In this document: piece by piece, positions 49,375-63,127 of the stretch
Layout of the letters: the number at the start of each line of letters is the position of its first letter
Position numbering within the stretch: the stretch's first letter is position 1
Origin: Tubulanus polymorphus
Taxonomy: Eukaryota > Animalia > Nemertea
Assembly (NCBI RefSeq): GCF_964204645.1
Contig: NC_134027.1
Coordinates: 10,262,485-10,326,484 of the forward strand
DNA: 64,000 nt
Direction: 5' to 3'
Notes under the pieces: model-generated
Database searches by the model: none
Seen by the model: the letters and a program-made list of their open reading frames with translations, nothing else
What the model was told of the DNA's origin: nothing
Position numbers and translations under genes: made by a program

Positions 49375-50286
49375 CGTCTCAAGATCCTTGGTTATTTACA
49401 GAGTACTTATAGGGCAGACTTCGGATAAATCTTCGTTCTGCAACTGAGCAAGCTCTCAAGAATTAAAAAAACGTTTTGACATGGTTCAAATTTCACGTCC
49501 ATGGTCATTTCGTAAACATGTTCTGCATGAATTCAAACGTTAAATGGCAAGGCGAAGTATTTCTACAGAAAAAAATAAAAATTCTGGACATTTATCTAAT
49601 TTTCTGTTCATATTTTTTCGTGGATAATTTGCTCACGGGACCGCTGAATAATTCTCAGTAATTTTGTATCGACCTTTAGGCAGCCGTTCATTTGTGCCAT
49701 TTTCGCCGTGTTGAGAATTATCAATGTATCGGTGCCAGTACCAATTAAAAGGTTTTAGGCCAAACCCGCAGCTTTGCATTAGCTTCTATAATATTTATAT
49801 TTGCGGAGGATGTGATGTAAATTTCTTGTCACACGGCAAGGTTACTATTACTATTATTATTTACTATGATACAATGTTCTATTTTCAAATACAAAATGTG
49901 TCTTTTCTTTTGCATTCGGCATTTAAAAATATGATTCAAATGATGAAAGACGATAATGGTAAACGATTGGTAATTCATCATTTTGGCACAATATTTGCAC
50001 ACAACCTCTCATCCTCTGTCTTGCCAATTTGTTGTTCCCCATTCCATTCTACGTAAATTGCTAATAAAACATTACTGCTCCATTACTTGATCTCTGAAAT
50101 TGACAATTTGAACAAATAATTGTTGATATATCAAGGTTTCAATATTTAGAGCATACTATAAACAATTCTTGTCAATGCAATCTCAACTTTTTCCTGGCGA
50201 AGGAGATTTTTCCTACCGCTGGATGTGCGCCTGTTATAGGACCTGGCGAATCTTGGGCGCTGACAAGACTTTTACAAGTAACGGTA

Positions 50287-50291
50287 ATATA

Positions 50292-50344
<53 letters not shown>
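50287..50344. repeat. (TA)n microsatellite
   Basis: AT repeat with one interruption. Confidence 0.95.
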
Positions 50345-50347
<3 letters not shown>

Positions 50348-50752
50348 CTGTGGTAATCAGAACATACGTATCCTTAATGTATAACTGATATATGTTAATG
50401 TTTTTCATTCGATTTAGCGTTTCAACAAATCCCATTCAGTCGATTTAATAGGACTAGCGCAACGCGCATATAAACGCGATTATTCGCAGCTGGTGTCGTT
50501 TGTTTGAATTTTAATAACGGATGAGAAGTACCCGTGTGATCCGGGTCTCTTAGGTTCAAGGACGTATGAAAAATTAAATACCATGTACGAAAACATGTTT
50601 TTGTTGCTAGAGCATTCAATTTGATTTATTTTTAGATAAGAAGTAACATAGAATATGTCTCAACAACAAGTCACGCCGTGGTGATTTTCAGCTCGGCCAG
50701 TTCGCTCTGTAAAGAATAATCGCGTTTGAAATCAACCATGCGGGCTTTAACC

Positions 50753-50920
<168 letters not shown>

Positions 50921-51397
50921 TGAATTTAATATATGGGCCCTCAAAATAGCATTTGATTGGTGGATTAGGTCCATATAAACGTTGAAGCTCCGGTTCGATT
51001 GTCATTGACATCTAGGACACCGCGGTTTTAACAAGTGTAAGGTAAACGTATGCTGGAATTCTGTTTGAAATTTTTTTTACTGTTTTACAGCTTTTGAATA
51101 ACTCGTTATTAAGGTTTCGTTTTCATTGTTCCTTACGAACGATGACGTTTGAAATATTTCTGCTATTCGGATATTCTATAGAAAATCTCCCTATATGATG
51201 ACTATATTATTTCCAAGGCTGACAGCATCAACATTCTTTTGCCACGAATTGTTGCCTGGATTCTGTATAGTCTTTTATTAGTCTCGTAGTCGTACAAAAA
51301 TATTTTTTTGGAACTTTTTTGATAAATGACATTCCACGTAGAAAACAAAAAAAGAAAGCAGTAAAGTCAAATTTAGAATTGAAATGTGACCGCGTGA

Positions 51398-51826
<429 letters not shown>

Positions 51827-52165
51827 TCGCACCTTGCTTGTCATCCGCTTCAGCAGTATACTCGTATTCGTGAATCCAAATGTTTGTTGTTAAAGTTCTC
51901 TAATTACTTAGTATTATCGAAAACTGTATTCATAAAAATACAAATAAAAATGGTTATGCGATGATCATCTATAGCCAAAAGGTTTTGTCGTTGAATGATT
52001 TTTGGGTTCTCGGTTTTTTGTGACAACATTTGTAGGTCTTCTTTTTCGAATGAGACTGGCTCATCCCTGGTACTAATAACAATTTTCTATGGTAATGGTG
52101 GTATCTAATTCGAGGCTCGGCAGAATTTTTATAGAATATAGAATTGACATACATGTGACATATAA

Positions 52166-52410
52166 TCACGATTGGTAGAACACTATATCCGTGTTGACGC
52201 GATGAGGAGAGAATCCCACAATGATAATAAAAAGTCCGAAAATGAAACTTCGAGATAGTAGTTTATTTCAGCGTTTCGACTATATCCTAATAGTCATCTA
52301 ATCATTATTCCTGAAGATGACTATTAGGATATAGTCGAAACGCTGAAATAAACTACTATCTCGAAGTTTCATTTTCGGACTTTTTATTATCATTGTGGGA
52401 TTCTCTCCTC
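52166..52410. mobile_element. Penelope-like retroelement remnant: perfect 96-bp inverted repeat with TSD
   Basis: Arms 52204-52299 and 52315-52410 with a 15-nt loop; 11-bp direct repeat GTGACATATAA at 52155-52165 and 52411-52421. Confidence 0.7.
52304..52350 (+). ncRNA. Minimal hammerhead-ribozyme-like motif (possibly inactive)
   Basis: TTATTC-C-CTGAAGA-T-GACTAT-TAGGAT-ATAGTC-GAAAC-GCT-GAAATAA: CUGANGA core, 6-bp stem II, GAAA and a possible stem I; no clean NUH cleavage triplet. Confidence 0.5.
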
Positions 52411-54487
52411 GTGACATATAAGCCTAGGCTGGTACTTTTAAAAAATAGAAATGACAATAAACTAATACCCTGTAGGTAATGCACACCGAAAAACGGTTAG
52501 CTCAACAGAATATCTCAACCTTACGCTAGAAATTAGAAAAAGTCGGATTGGTGTTCGCCTAAATTCAGCCGACTGTAACTATTTTTTTGGTTGACGTTTC
52601 TGTACCCGTGTGATCTGTATTCGAAACCAGCTGACGGTAGAATTTGCCTTCCGACTAGGATACCTTTACAAACAGGTACTAGGACAGTGGGACCTTACGA
52701 CGATCATTGCGCACCGAGCTTGGAGTAATCGTCCTGACCAGAATGGTTGCTCCCTGAGATTAAATGATAATTGAAAAAAAAATCAAATTAAACCTTTAAA
52801 GTTCTACATGAACATTCTATACTCAATTGCCAAAATAGTTATACAGCCTACGTGAACTAATGCTTGCAGACTTTTCTTGCTCTTGACATCAAACTTGCAT
52901 GATCTTGCATCGACACGCTCTGATATCATGTCCACAATAACAAAATAACTCCATGAATAATAATAAACATTTTTGAGGGCTATAGCCGGGTCACATTTAT
53001 TGAATGATCAACCTCGAACAATAGCGTGCTGTTCGTGCCTGGTAAAATTCAGGTTTGGCCATTTACAAATATCACATTCTTGGTGTGCTGGGGTTTTTAT
53101 GGTTTTTCAATCGTTTTAATTGTATGGTTGTATGGCCTGGGCGAACGTGGGCTGTTCAACAACAACTGTTAAAACAAACAATATGTCATTGTCCAAAAGA
53201 GGCAATTGATTATGCTGCCTCATTAAATATCTTAAGAGTAGGCCTATAATGAGTCTTGTCCAGGTTACGAGTTATAGAATCGTGATTTCAAATCGTGACT
53301 TTTTTTATAGGGAATGTTCTTCTCTGGCATCTGAATATAAGATACGTGGATACATAACTTTTCTGACTTAGTGGCTGGACTTCAGCCGATGTTAATTCAT
53401 CCCTCTTGTGGATTTCAATTAACTAGCGCGACATTGCTGATGTAACTGTAATGAATAATTTTTGTAAAATGTTTGGTTTTTCTCTGACTTCTAGAGACCG
53501 GCCTTATACTCATCTTCTATCATCGAGATTCCGATTAAGTATCTATTTGGGTTTAAGCTGTGGTGACATCGCCGCGATTGGATAATGCACAAGTTTGAAC
53601 GAGTGGGTCGCAGTATTCAGTATCCAGGTCGTTCCGGGGGTGGTTCGAACTATAGGACACCCTTAGAACTGTTTCTGGAGACAGCATACCCGGTACTAAA
53701 ATCATAATAATGGTGTGGAATCTTAAATAGAAGTTTTAATTTCTATCCTTTTTTCTAATATTACTTAAGTAATCTATTTTGTCTTCCCATTCATTCGATA
53801 TGGATATTCATAGATACGACAAATTCTATTTTCTCGATCAGTTTCGAAAATCATACGACTGATTTTTCTAACCATTTAATAGATTCGATTAATTCTATCG
53901 TGTATGAATTCTATCTACAGTACGAAGGCGCAGATTCAGACGGTAGACCGCATGTGCTGTTCAGTACCGTCGCGAAAATCTCGTGCCTTTTTTCGTTTTT
54001 TCATGCCCAAAGTAGAAAAGGGCAAAGAAGTTAAGAAAAGGGCACTTTTTAGAAGATGAGGTAGATGATTATAAACAAAAGCACATAAATTCTTCAAGGT
54101 TTAGTCTTTATTGCCTGGAAACTACATCTCTGCAGCTAAAATACTAGAAAGCACTTCGCATCTAATTGCTTGGAATTTGCAGCAAAAAGCAGATTTTCAA
54201 ATTTCAGAATGCCCTTTAAATTATGAGTTGTGCTACCCTCGACAGTGGTCCCTGCGAGAATTGCATGCGATGTTTCTAAGGGGTGAATAGAACATGGAAT
54301 AGAGTAGATAAAAAAAACTTATAATAGAATTAATATTCTTTTGCTCTTTTATTGTAAATAGAAAGCTCGAGGAGGATATAGAAAGTATAACAATCCCATT
54401 TCAGATTTAATTTTAGACTACGTAATCCAAGCCATGGCTTAGCATATACTGTTTCAAATAATGATTTACACGCTTAATTTGCAAGCA

Positions 54488-54569
54488 GTTGTCGTGGCCG
54501 AGTGGTTAAGGCGATGGACTAGAAATCCATTGGGATCTTCCCGCGCAGGTTCGAATCCTGCCGACAACG
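54488..54569 (+). tRNA. tRNA-Ser(AGA)
   Basis: 82 nt: acceptor GTTGTCG/CGACAAC, D arm TGGCCGAGTGGTTAAGGC, anticodon loop CT-AGA-AA, long variable arm GGGA-TCT-TCCC, T arm GCAGGTTCGAATCCTGC, discriminator G. Confidence 0.97.
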
Positions 54570-54571
54570 CA

Positions 54572-54578
54572 TTTTTTT
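54572..54578 (+). terminator. Pol III oligo-T terminator of tRNA-Ser
   Basis: T7 run 2 nt after the tRNA 3' end. Confidence 0.85.
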
Positions 54579-55721
54579 CACTGTCTTCCTATGAATTTTG
54601 CGAACGTATACAAAAGGCCTTAGATTAGTTATCGTTTCGTTTTATCACTTATCAACACACCAACCAGAATTTTCAAGATACCGGTAATGTCCTTCGCGAT
54701 GAGTTTATAGTATTAGACAATAATTTTCTATGAATTTTGATAACATTTTTATTTGTTCATATGTAAAAAACATCGTCAGGACACAAATATCAAACATGTT
54801 TATAAAATGACAATATTTCCATTAAAATTGACCTATGAAATCTGGTTGTTATTGGAATGAATCTGCAGAAGCCCATTTTCAGGACAGTTTGAGTTTTATT
54901 AATGAAAAGTTACACAACTGCATATGGGCTTAAAGAAAATAAGTAGTTCTTAATTTTCAATCTATTGCGTGTCATAATGAAAGTAGATTTTTGAAAAAAT
55001 TATATAATATACCATCGCATTAAGCAAACGACCGTTTCCACGAAAAATCAGCCTTAAGCTTTGACAGATATTTTGATATTGTACTGTCATATGCCAAGTT
55101 AATATACAGCAATGGAATTCCTGACATTAGGCTAAAAATAATTGATACCTTGTTTCTCCTTTCTGCCGAGGTTACAAGTTGACTCGGCTGGCTGCCTATC
55201 TACCTTGTACATTACTTTCTTAAAAATCATGATCAAGCTAACAATAACAGGCCTGGCCGTTATAGAAACGAACTGATTACAAATTTCATTGCAGTTTACA
55301 TAAGTGACCCGGCTGATGTGGGGAAACAAGGTATCATTTTTGTTTAGCCTTAATTTTGCCCTTTTTGTGATACTCCTCAGTCCAGATGTTATCCAATAAA
55401 ATACATTATTTTTGCGATCAACACAAATACAATACGTGTAATATATTCAGTTATAATAAAAGGTACATATAAAACATCGGTACTAAATTAAAGAAAATCT
55501 ACATTGTTCAGTGATAGACCAGCACATCACTTAAACTAATTAAGTTAATAGCCGCTTATAAAATAATGAGTATTAATTAATATAAATTCCGACAGTGCCT
55601 TTATCCTAATAATTGGTTATCTGGAGGTGACAACACTCTGCACGTAAATACCATACTACTCGTATACCAGACTGAAAAGATGGGTAGACTGGGTGCACAG
55701 AAAATTGAAAAGAACTATTGA

Positions 55722-55892
55722 CAGTAGAACCCGCTTAATTCAATCACCTGGGACTGGAATTTTGTTCGAATTAAACGAAATCCGAATTATGTGCTCTCAT
55801 TTGAATAGAAATCCCCTAGAGATGACTGGAATTCTAGTCTGAAATAAGTGAAAATCCGAATAAAACCGATCCGAATTATGCGAGTTATACTT
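55722..55892. mobile_element. Tc1/mariner (Tigger-like) MITE, degenerate
   Basis: CAGTAGAACCCGCTTAATTC ... GAATTATGCGAGTTATACTT with internal CCGAATTA repeats. Confidence 0.55.
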
Positions 55893-56217
55893 TAATAGCT
55901 AAAAGTTATCATACTTGTATTTACATATATATATATAGTAAACTCCATATTACTCGGTAGCTTTGAGTCTGTGTAAAGATTACTCAAGTTAACCGGATCC
56001 CAAGTTAAAAATTGGGAAAATAGCAGGTTTTTTTTTCCAAATACATTTTAGTAAAATTACTGTATTGACCAGTATCGAGTTAAGTCTAATGTACAGTGAT
56101 ATCAAGCATCTAAGCAGTAAAGGCCCAATGAATATAGTTTCGAAGAAATTCTTTACAGAAAATGAAGGTAGGAGAAAATAATGAATTACATGTATATCAG
56201 GTAAAACTATTGGAATG

Positions 56218-56253
56218 TATTAGATATTGTTTTAGTATTAGATATTGTTTTAG
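56218..56253. repeat. 18-bp tandem duplication spanning the CCDC66 stop codon
   Basis: TATTAGATATTGTTTTAG occurs twice in tandem. Confidence 0.85.
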
Positions 56254-59200
56254 TCAACAGGAACCTGCTGTCGACTCAGATCTGACGGCGATAAACAAGT
56301 CTCAATTTCTCTCTGCCTCTGCAACAAGTTCTGAAAAATACAAATATGTTTTATGCATTTCTGCTTAGTTGACGAGACTATCGGTGAACTGAGAAGCAGT
56401 GTTCTCCATATGCTGGTACTTCAAAGGGGGTGCATTAATTGTTACGTATATGAGCTTAATTTTGGTGTTATCTTTCACATAAGCATTTCAAAACAATCAT
56501 CAGCATTGATAGAATATTGACATCCACCCAGAAGATATTTCATAAGGGAGAGCTGATTTTCAGATGGTGTATTGAAAACAACAAACCTTTCTAATATCTT
56601 GAAGTTGTTTCAGTATGACCTCCTGTCGCGGTGTAGGGTGTTCTTGCACAATGCTCGGATTCATTATTGGATCCTGAATGTAGAATAGTAAAATCATGGT
56701 ACAGACAGATTTTCTGGTGCTGGAGCTACACCCTGCAGTGGTGTTGGAAGTGCAGTGACTGCAGCGACGAAAGCTGTGGCAATGATTTACTAGACGACGT
56801 TTTATTTCTTTGAATATCATGTTTTGACGAAATTGAAGTAAATTCGCCTCAGTAACATATGAAAAACTGTAAAAAAATCAGCAATTGGCCACGACAATCA
56901 AAAATTGCTTCCAACGTGCCTGTCCCGATTGGGCTAATTAGCAGTTAAATAGTGTCTAAATACATAGCATCTAAAATCAAATTATCACTGAGTATTTCTG
57001 AGCATAGTTTAATTCTAGAATGAGAAGAAATCACTCTCAAATGCTAATCAGTCCGAAAAATTTGACATAATTAAAAACTACAAACCTTCGGCACAGCGGT
57101 CCTGTTCGTTAAAACGCTCTCGGGATTCTGGTCGTGAATATTTGTCATACGAAATCCGTAATCGCCAGGATTCAAGCCGCGAGCGTACGCCTTCCGGCCG
57201 CGTTGGACGCACGTAGCTTCGCGCGACACCGGCAACGGTTTTTGACTTTCCGACGGGTCGAGGAACGCGCTGCTGCGCAGAAACGGTACGAATTCCTCGT
57301 CCTGCAGACCAGCGTGCTCGTCAGCGCCGTATTTATGCTTTGAATGTTGTTCACGATGGTTTTCGTCGGCGAGTCTGTGTTTCACTGCCGGCACGGGCGG
57401 CGACTCGCGTCCACTCGGCGACTCGTGGGTTTCGTTGCGAGACGGCGACTGTGGACGAGTGCGCTCCGGAGGTGGCGAATGCTCGATACGTTGTCGATCT
57501 CTTGTCGGCGCCGGGCTCGACGACCGGCCCCCTTTCGTGGCCTGATTTCGCTGGTTGGATTTTGGCTCGGGTGTTTTACGACGCGCGGCTTTCGTTTCAT
57601 CTTTCTGGGCAGTCGGACGCGACAAGCTACGTGTTCGTCGTTCGTATGGTTCGACGGGAATCATATTCCTGTTCGCCTCCGCCTGTTTTATCAGCTCTTG
57701 TTCGCGTTGAGCCCGCCGCGCGTCGATGGCTTTCTTTCGCCGCGCGTAATTCGGGTCTTTCTCCGAGTTCTTTTGTGGTCTCATATGCTGTCTATTTTGA
57801 TAGTTCCACAACGTTTTCGATCCGGGCAGCGGCGGCTGTTCGGTCGGCCGTTTGTTGACGACGCGTTTCTTTTTCTGGTAAGATTTCACCGTGTCGGCGC
57901 TTTTAACGCGTACGAGTTTGTTGCCGATGTGTTGCGGATTTTTCGACGAGTCGCCGCCTTTCAAGATCACCTGACCTTTGAACTGTATGTGCGCCGAGTC
58001 TTCGCGCGTTCCCGATTGCGACATGTTCGGGTAACTAGCCGACGATAACAAATTCGCGATATCTTCATCTGAAATTTTGAACAGAAAAGCGCATATAGAA
58101 AATCAAACACAAAAAATGTTGCCTAAAGTCATGGCTGGCATCTCATTTCTTATCTATTTACTGAGCAGTAAAGGTCTAAGTTATACCTGTCTGGGTGCCA
58201 AATTCTTTTCGCGGCGACAAATCAACGACTTTGTTCAACACGGGAATCTGATCGATAGGTACGCTGGCGCCATCTAGATTGACAGTCGCTCTCAAATTCA
58301 GACCGGGTACGACGTAACTCGATTCGACTGCCGGTTGAGCGTTCGCTGGTGCCGGTGCCCGCGGCGTATGAGACGCTGTAAATAGTATAAACTACATTCA
58401 ATCTAGCCATTTGTCGAGGAGAACGCTGTCATAAGCGGAAACTAATCATAATTACGAAAGAAATCTTTATCGGACTTCCTAATGCATTTTCTGATCCTTA
58501 ACCTCGAACCACTTTCGCGGCGTTAGGCCAGGTTTACTGCACGACAATGCAACGGAAAGAGACACGAACCTTCGAAGTTTTTGTGAAGATGGCTGACGTC
58601 GTGGCCGCGTTTCTGTAAGTCGTTCAGACGACGAAGGTGTTTTTCGTGCGTGGCTTTTTCCTGCGCGTCTTCCATGGCCTCTTTCAGCAATTGGACGCGA
58701 CGGTCTTGCTCTTCCTAAAAATATCAGTAACTAACAGTAATACCAACTTAGGAGCGGCGATGATTCATCCGGGTGACGAGAAATCCTGAATGGAAATTTT
58801 ATTCCTACATTGAGAAATACAGGAATACCAAATAACAAAAGTATCTTGATCCATTGAATGTTTTATCCTATAGATCTGGGACTCATTACACAGTCATGGC
58901 TTAAGTCCAAAAGTGGACTTAAATCTTAAGACTCGTCTTAAGTTGTTAGATTGGCTTCAGAACTAAGTTGGTCTAAGACCAGTCTTAAGTCTAAGCCATG
59001 ACTGTGCAACCGGCCCCTGGGACTCATTACACAGTCGTGGCTTAAGTCCAAAAGTGGACTTAAATCTTAAGACTAGTCTTAAGTTGTTAGATTGGCTTCA
59101 GAACTAAGTCGGTCTAAGACCAGTCTTTAGTCTTAGTCATGACTAGGCAACCAGCCCCTGAAGCCAGCTACAACTGTTCGTTTGGCCTACCTCTTTTCTG

Positions 59201-62200
59201 CGTAATTTCTCTTGTTCGAGATTGAACTGTTTCTGCAACGTTTCTCGCTCATCCTGCAGTTTGCGTTCTTCTTCCCGTTCTTCCTGAATGCGTTTTTCCC
59301 TCTCCTCTCGTTTGTGACGTTGTTTTTCTTCCACTTGGGCTTGAATTGCTTTCTACAACACAATTCAATCGAAATACAAACCACTACCATACACTGGGTA
59401 TAAAACCCAAAGCATCTCGTCAATGATCATACAGTGGAGCCTCGTGGGCAAAAGGGAAATTGTCATAGAAAATGGGTTTCGTATTATCCAGCGCTTGATT
59501 GATCTAAATATTTCAGCTGGAACATGCTGGAAATCATCGTAATAAACAGGTTTTGTCTTAAACAGGATCGTCTTAATGAGGTTCAACTGTACATGTAGTA
59601 GTATGACTTGTTTCATGTTATGGCCTGGCATTGAAATCTGATAAATGTTGATATGCCTACTTATTGAATTATATCTACAGGGTCAATAAATTTTCAATAA
59701 AATACCAGGATTTTTCTACCTAAGGTTGGCAATTTTCTAAATCTTTCATCACCACAGATAGACAATCGAGGTTGAAATCAAATTGAGCTGACCTAATTAA
59801 TGGTACCATATCCAGTGATCAGTCTTTAGGGTAATATTCAAATTTACCTGGTGTTCTAAATGCTTGAGTCGCTTCTCCTGAAGTTCACTTATAGTCAGGG
59901 CATCTAAATGAATGTTCTGTCCACGAAGAAATGTCCTGAAAACAACACCGATATTTACTGATATAATCACGTATAAATAGAATTTTCCTCGCATCATTTC
60001 CGATAGGCTAGGCCATAAAAAAACCCCATTGTTCGAAAAAATCTCTTTCCCCATAGGATTACGCCACCTTTCGGCCTTTAAACGTGCAATATCAAAATAT
60101 GAACGTAAGATCATCCGTCAGTTCACTAAGATACATACATAGATTCCATGACTGTATTATCAATTGAAGCAGCAGGATTTGGGGCACTGCTGATACGCGT
60201 CTGAACGGGTTCCGATTCGCTGATTTTGGCAGCAGGGGGCGGAGGCGATTTCGATTGTTCGGGCAGCTTCACCGGTTCGTAAATGCTCAATTTATCCGCC
60301 CACGTTTCCTTCTCATCAGCTCTTGCAGCCTCTTTTTCCTTTTCTTTTCGTAAACGTTGTTCTTCTCTTTGTAGCTCTGCGAATGAAGAGAACATTTGTA
60401 AATATACGAGAAGTCCGTTTGTGAATTGGAAAACTGCAGAGAGCGCAGGCACAGAAACATACCTAGGTCTTCTAACCATCTCTTCTTTTCTTCTTCTTTG
60501 ACTGAAGTGAATCTATCTTCTTGAGGAGCCAATTTCTAAAATTATCAAAAATCCCGAGTAATACGCAAGTATTCCACAAAAGTACGGTAACTTCGTTTTA
60601 AGAACTTGTTCTGTCTGGCGTTTATTCTGCCATCATCAGGAGTGAACTAAAATATCCATAATTGAGCATGATTATGAAGAAAGCTTTTTGTTGAAATGAT
60701 CGATTCTAGAAGATGTGTAGGAAAAATGTTAAATAGGTGTAAGGGTAACCTCGTGAGATGTATCCAATAACAATGCTAACAATCATCAAATATCATAATC
60801 ATAAGTTAAAACCTTTGACCTTTTCCCCAAAAAAACCTCTTTTTTACATCTACGCATGAGGATTGATGAGACTTACACGGCCACCAAGTGTAAGAATTGA
60901 AACAAAAATTGGCATAAGATGAATAAACTTAAGACAACCCATTGAAGCGTCTTCAGAAATTTCCAAAATAACTGGATTTCAGCTACGGATGGATGAACAG
61001 ATGGAAATTGAATGTAATAGCCAGTCCCGAGTGGGTTAAAAATGATCTCCTGCAGACAATTGTCCTGATAGCCCATGCAGCAGCACATTGCAATGAGCTT
61101 AGTAGCCAAATTGTCTACGTAACTGGAGTCTTTACTACCCAAGTCATGACTCATGACTCTTAGATACCGGTAGCTGAAAACGATGCCTCGTTGAATGACT
61201 GACTGTACTCACTCCTATAACAAATGAACTGCGTATAGCAGATGGTTGTGAATGCTCTGATGGTGACGACGTCTGCTGAACCGGCGTGGACGACGCCGGG
61301 TTTTCCTGACGCGGCGAAACTGCGTCCAATAGTTTCTGATACTGAAAAAAACAAAACCAAAAATATTTCTAATAAAAAACATCAACCAGCTAACTCGTTG
61401 AATTGGCTATAGAAACGAAACTAAATTTTCAAAAATCTATTTAACTAAATTTAAACTAGATTTTGATGAAAATTAGAGAACATCATTAAATTCAAAGTGA
61501 CCGCTTCTTCATTGACCGCTTCAGGTCAACTGCTGTTTTCGAAACATAAATATCCATAGAGAGCAGACTATAGTGCTTTTCCACCAAACTCTTTATAGGT
61601 ATCATTTCTCGTTTATTATCTCTTACGAAAAAGAAATTCATGCAGCAGTATCGCAGGGGTAGATCCAGATCTTGAGAGACAAGTCCATCAAATTTCTTAA
61701 GTGCCCTTTTTCATTTTTTCAACAGAATAATTTGTGCACATTTCAGTGCTACACATAATATTTCCTTTTTGGATATGAAAGTGCCCTTTTGTGACTTGAC
61801 AAGTTCCTCAAAATTACCCCCTCAGTGCGGGAGTACACCTGATATTGCCTTTTTAGATATCAAAGTGTCCTTTTGGGAAATAAAAAGTACTTCAAAATTG
61901 GCCTCTGGATCTGCCCGGGTAATAATATGATTGTGGCAGGTTTTTAAGCAGAAGTGCAAATGAACTTACATTGGCAGCAGGAGAATTTTGCATGATATTC
62001 TTAGAAGCAGCAGCAGCATTGCCAGTATTATGGCTGTCCTTTAAGAAGGCAAAGCAAGAGGATACATACATAAAAGCGCGGGGAAAGCTGAGGAAGTGAA
62101 CATCGAAAATTGATTAATCATTTTAAGCTTTTCGTATAATAGCTAGATTATATAGGGTTCGTTCAGATATCTCTACATTACTGACTGACCTTTCTGGTGT

Positions 62201-63127
62201 TGAAATCAGCTAGAACATCACCCCTGTTGTCGCGCAGCGGTGCACCAGCTCCGGGACGACCCCACGGATTTGACGCATTAGCTTCAACTTTAGCGAGCTC
62301 AGCTACAAGTAGAAAAGAATTTCACATCATGATCTACGAAGATACCAGAACATGTTTAACCCTCGCTACCCAAGTCTTTTCTAGGACTCAGTTCAACAGT
62401 TTTAAGTTGAATTTGATTCTAGAGTAGACATTTACTATACGATTCCAATAGTCTAACTGTAGAGTCAAATAAAACTCATAACTGTGGAACTGGACCGAAG
62501 AGCTAATCCTTATATTCAGATCTAACATCATAAGTCTTGGTCAGTGTTCTACACTAATATCACTAGCGATGATTTGGGAATTGTAAGCATTCACTGGATG
62601 GATAGTTACCCCGTTCTGTCTCCCATTGCAAACGCTTTTTCTCAGCGACAGTCAGATATTTGGGAGGAGTAACTTTTTCTGCTACAGGCGACGGAGCAAC
62701 GGACTCAATCCTGAAAATGGACAGAATCTTTAGCAAATACAATATCAGATATCCCTGCATTTGCGAATGGGACATAAACCACAATATTTTGACATTTAAT
62801 TCAACATCGATATCATCGTCCAGATATGTAGTAATAAATTTCATGTATTTTTGATACGAGTCAATAGATTAGGCATCATGGATTTCAATCATAAAGGGGT
62901 TAAGAAAGGAGCATACCTTGATGCTGCTTTCAATGAAGCCGACTCAGTCATATTGGTGGATTCTTTATCGGACTGCAATTTTTTCAGTAGATTCAACACA
63001 TTTTCCGGTTCATCTTCCTCTACTTGTTCCTCATTGCCTGGAACGTTGTCTTTCTCATCTACTTTATCGCCTTCGTCGACTTTGGTATCTTCCTCTTCTT
63101 CAACCTTTATTTTGTTTGTTTCCTTGT
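56250..63127 (-). CDS. CCDC66: Coiled-coil domain-containing protein 66-like (centrosome/cilium); 5' end unresolved or outside the window
   Basis: Exons 63127-62917, 62710-62610, 62302-62190, 62038-61970, 61341-61213, 60535-60463, 60376-60139, 59935-59848, 59352-59191, 58714-58570, 58375-58187, 58068-57086, 56673-56587, 56330-56250 (TAA). Motifs: NPWGRPGAGAPLRD, KHLEHQKAIQAQVEEK, LQKRGHDVSHL, FVPFLRS and C-terminal DPIMNP...RQEVILKQLQDIRKNLLQRQREIE, matching CCDC66 as I recall it. Confidence 0.82.
58879..59157. mobile_element. Head-to-tail tandem dimer of a CWG-TSD MITE
   Basis: CTG-[58879-59016]-CTG-[59020-59157]-CTG; period 141 bp. Confidence 0.85.
59432..59589. mobile_element. Tc1/mariner-like MITE
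   Basis: TA-CAGTGGAGCCTC ... GAGGTTCAACTG-TA. Confidence 0.65.

Noticed and set aside
54488-54569. Functional tRNA-biogenesis cluster of tRNA-Ser with OSGEP and DUS2
   Set aside because: The tRNA is 34 kb away, and Ser(AGA) reads UCN codons so it is not a t6A substrate; proximity is probably chance.
57134-58048. Several long overlapping + strand ORFs
   Set aside because: Antisense shadows of the GC-rich large CCDC66 exon.
58876-59160. CRISPR-like or prokaryotic defence array
   Set aside because: Eukaryotic intron-containing context; the repeats are whole MITE units without unique spacers, and there are no cas genes.
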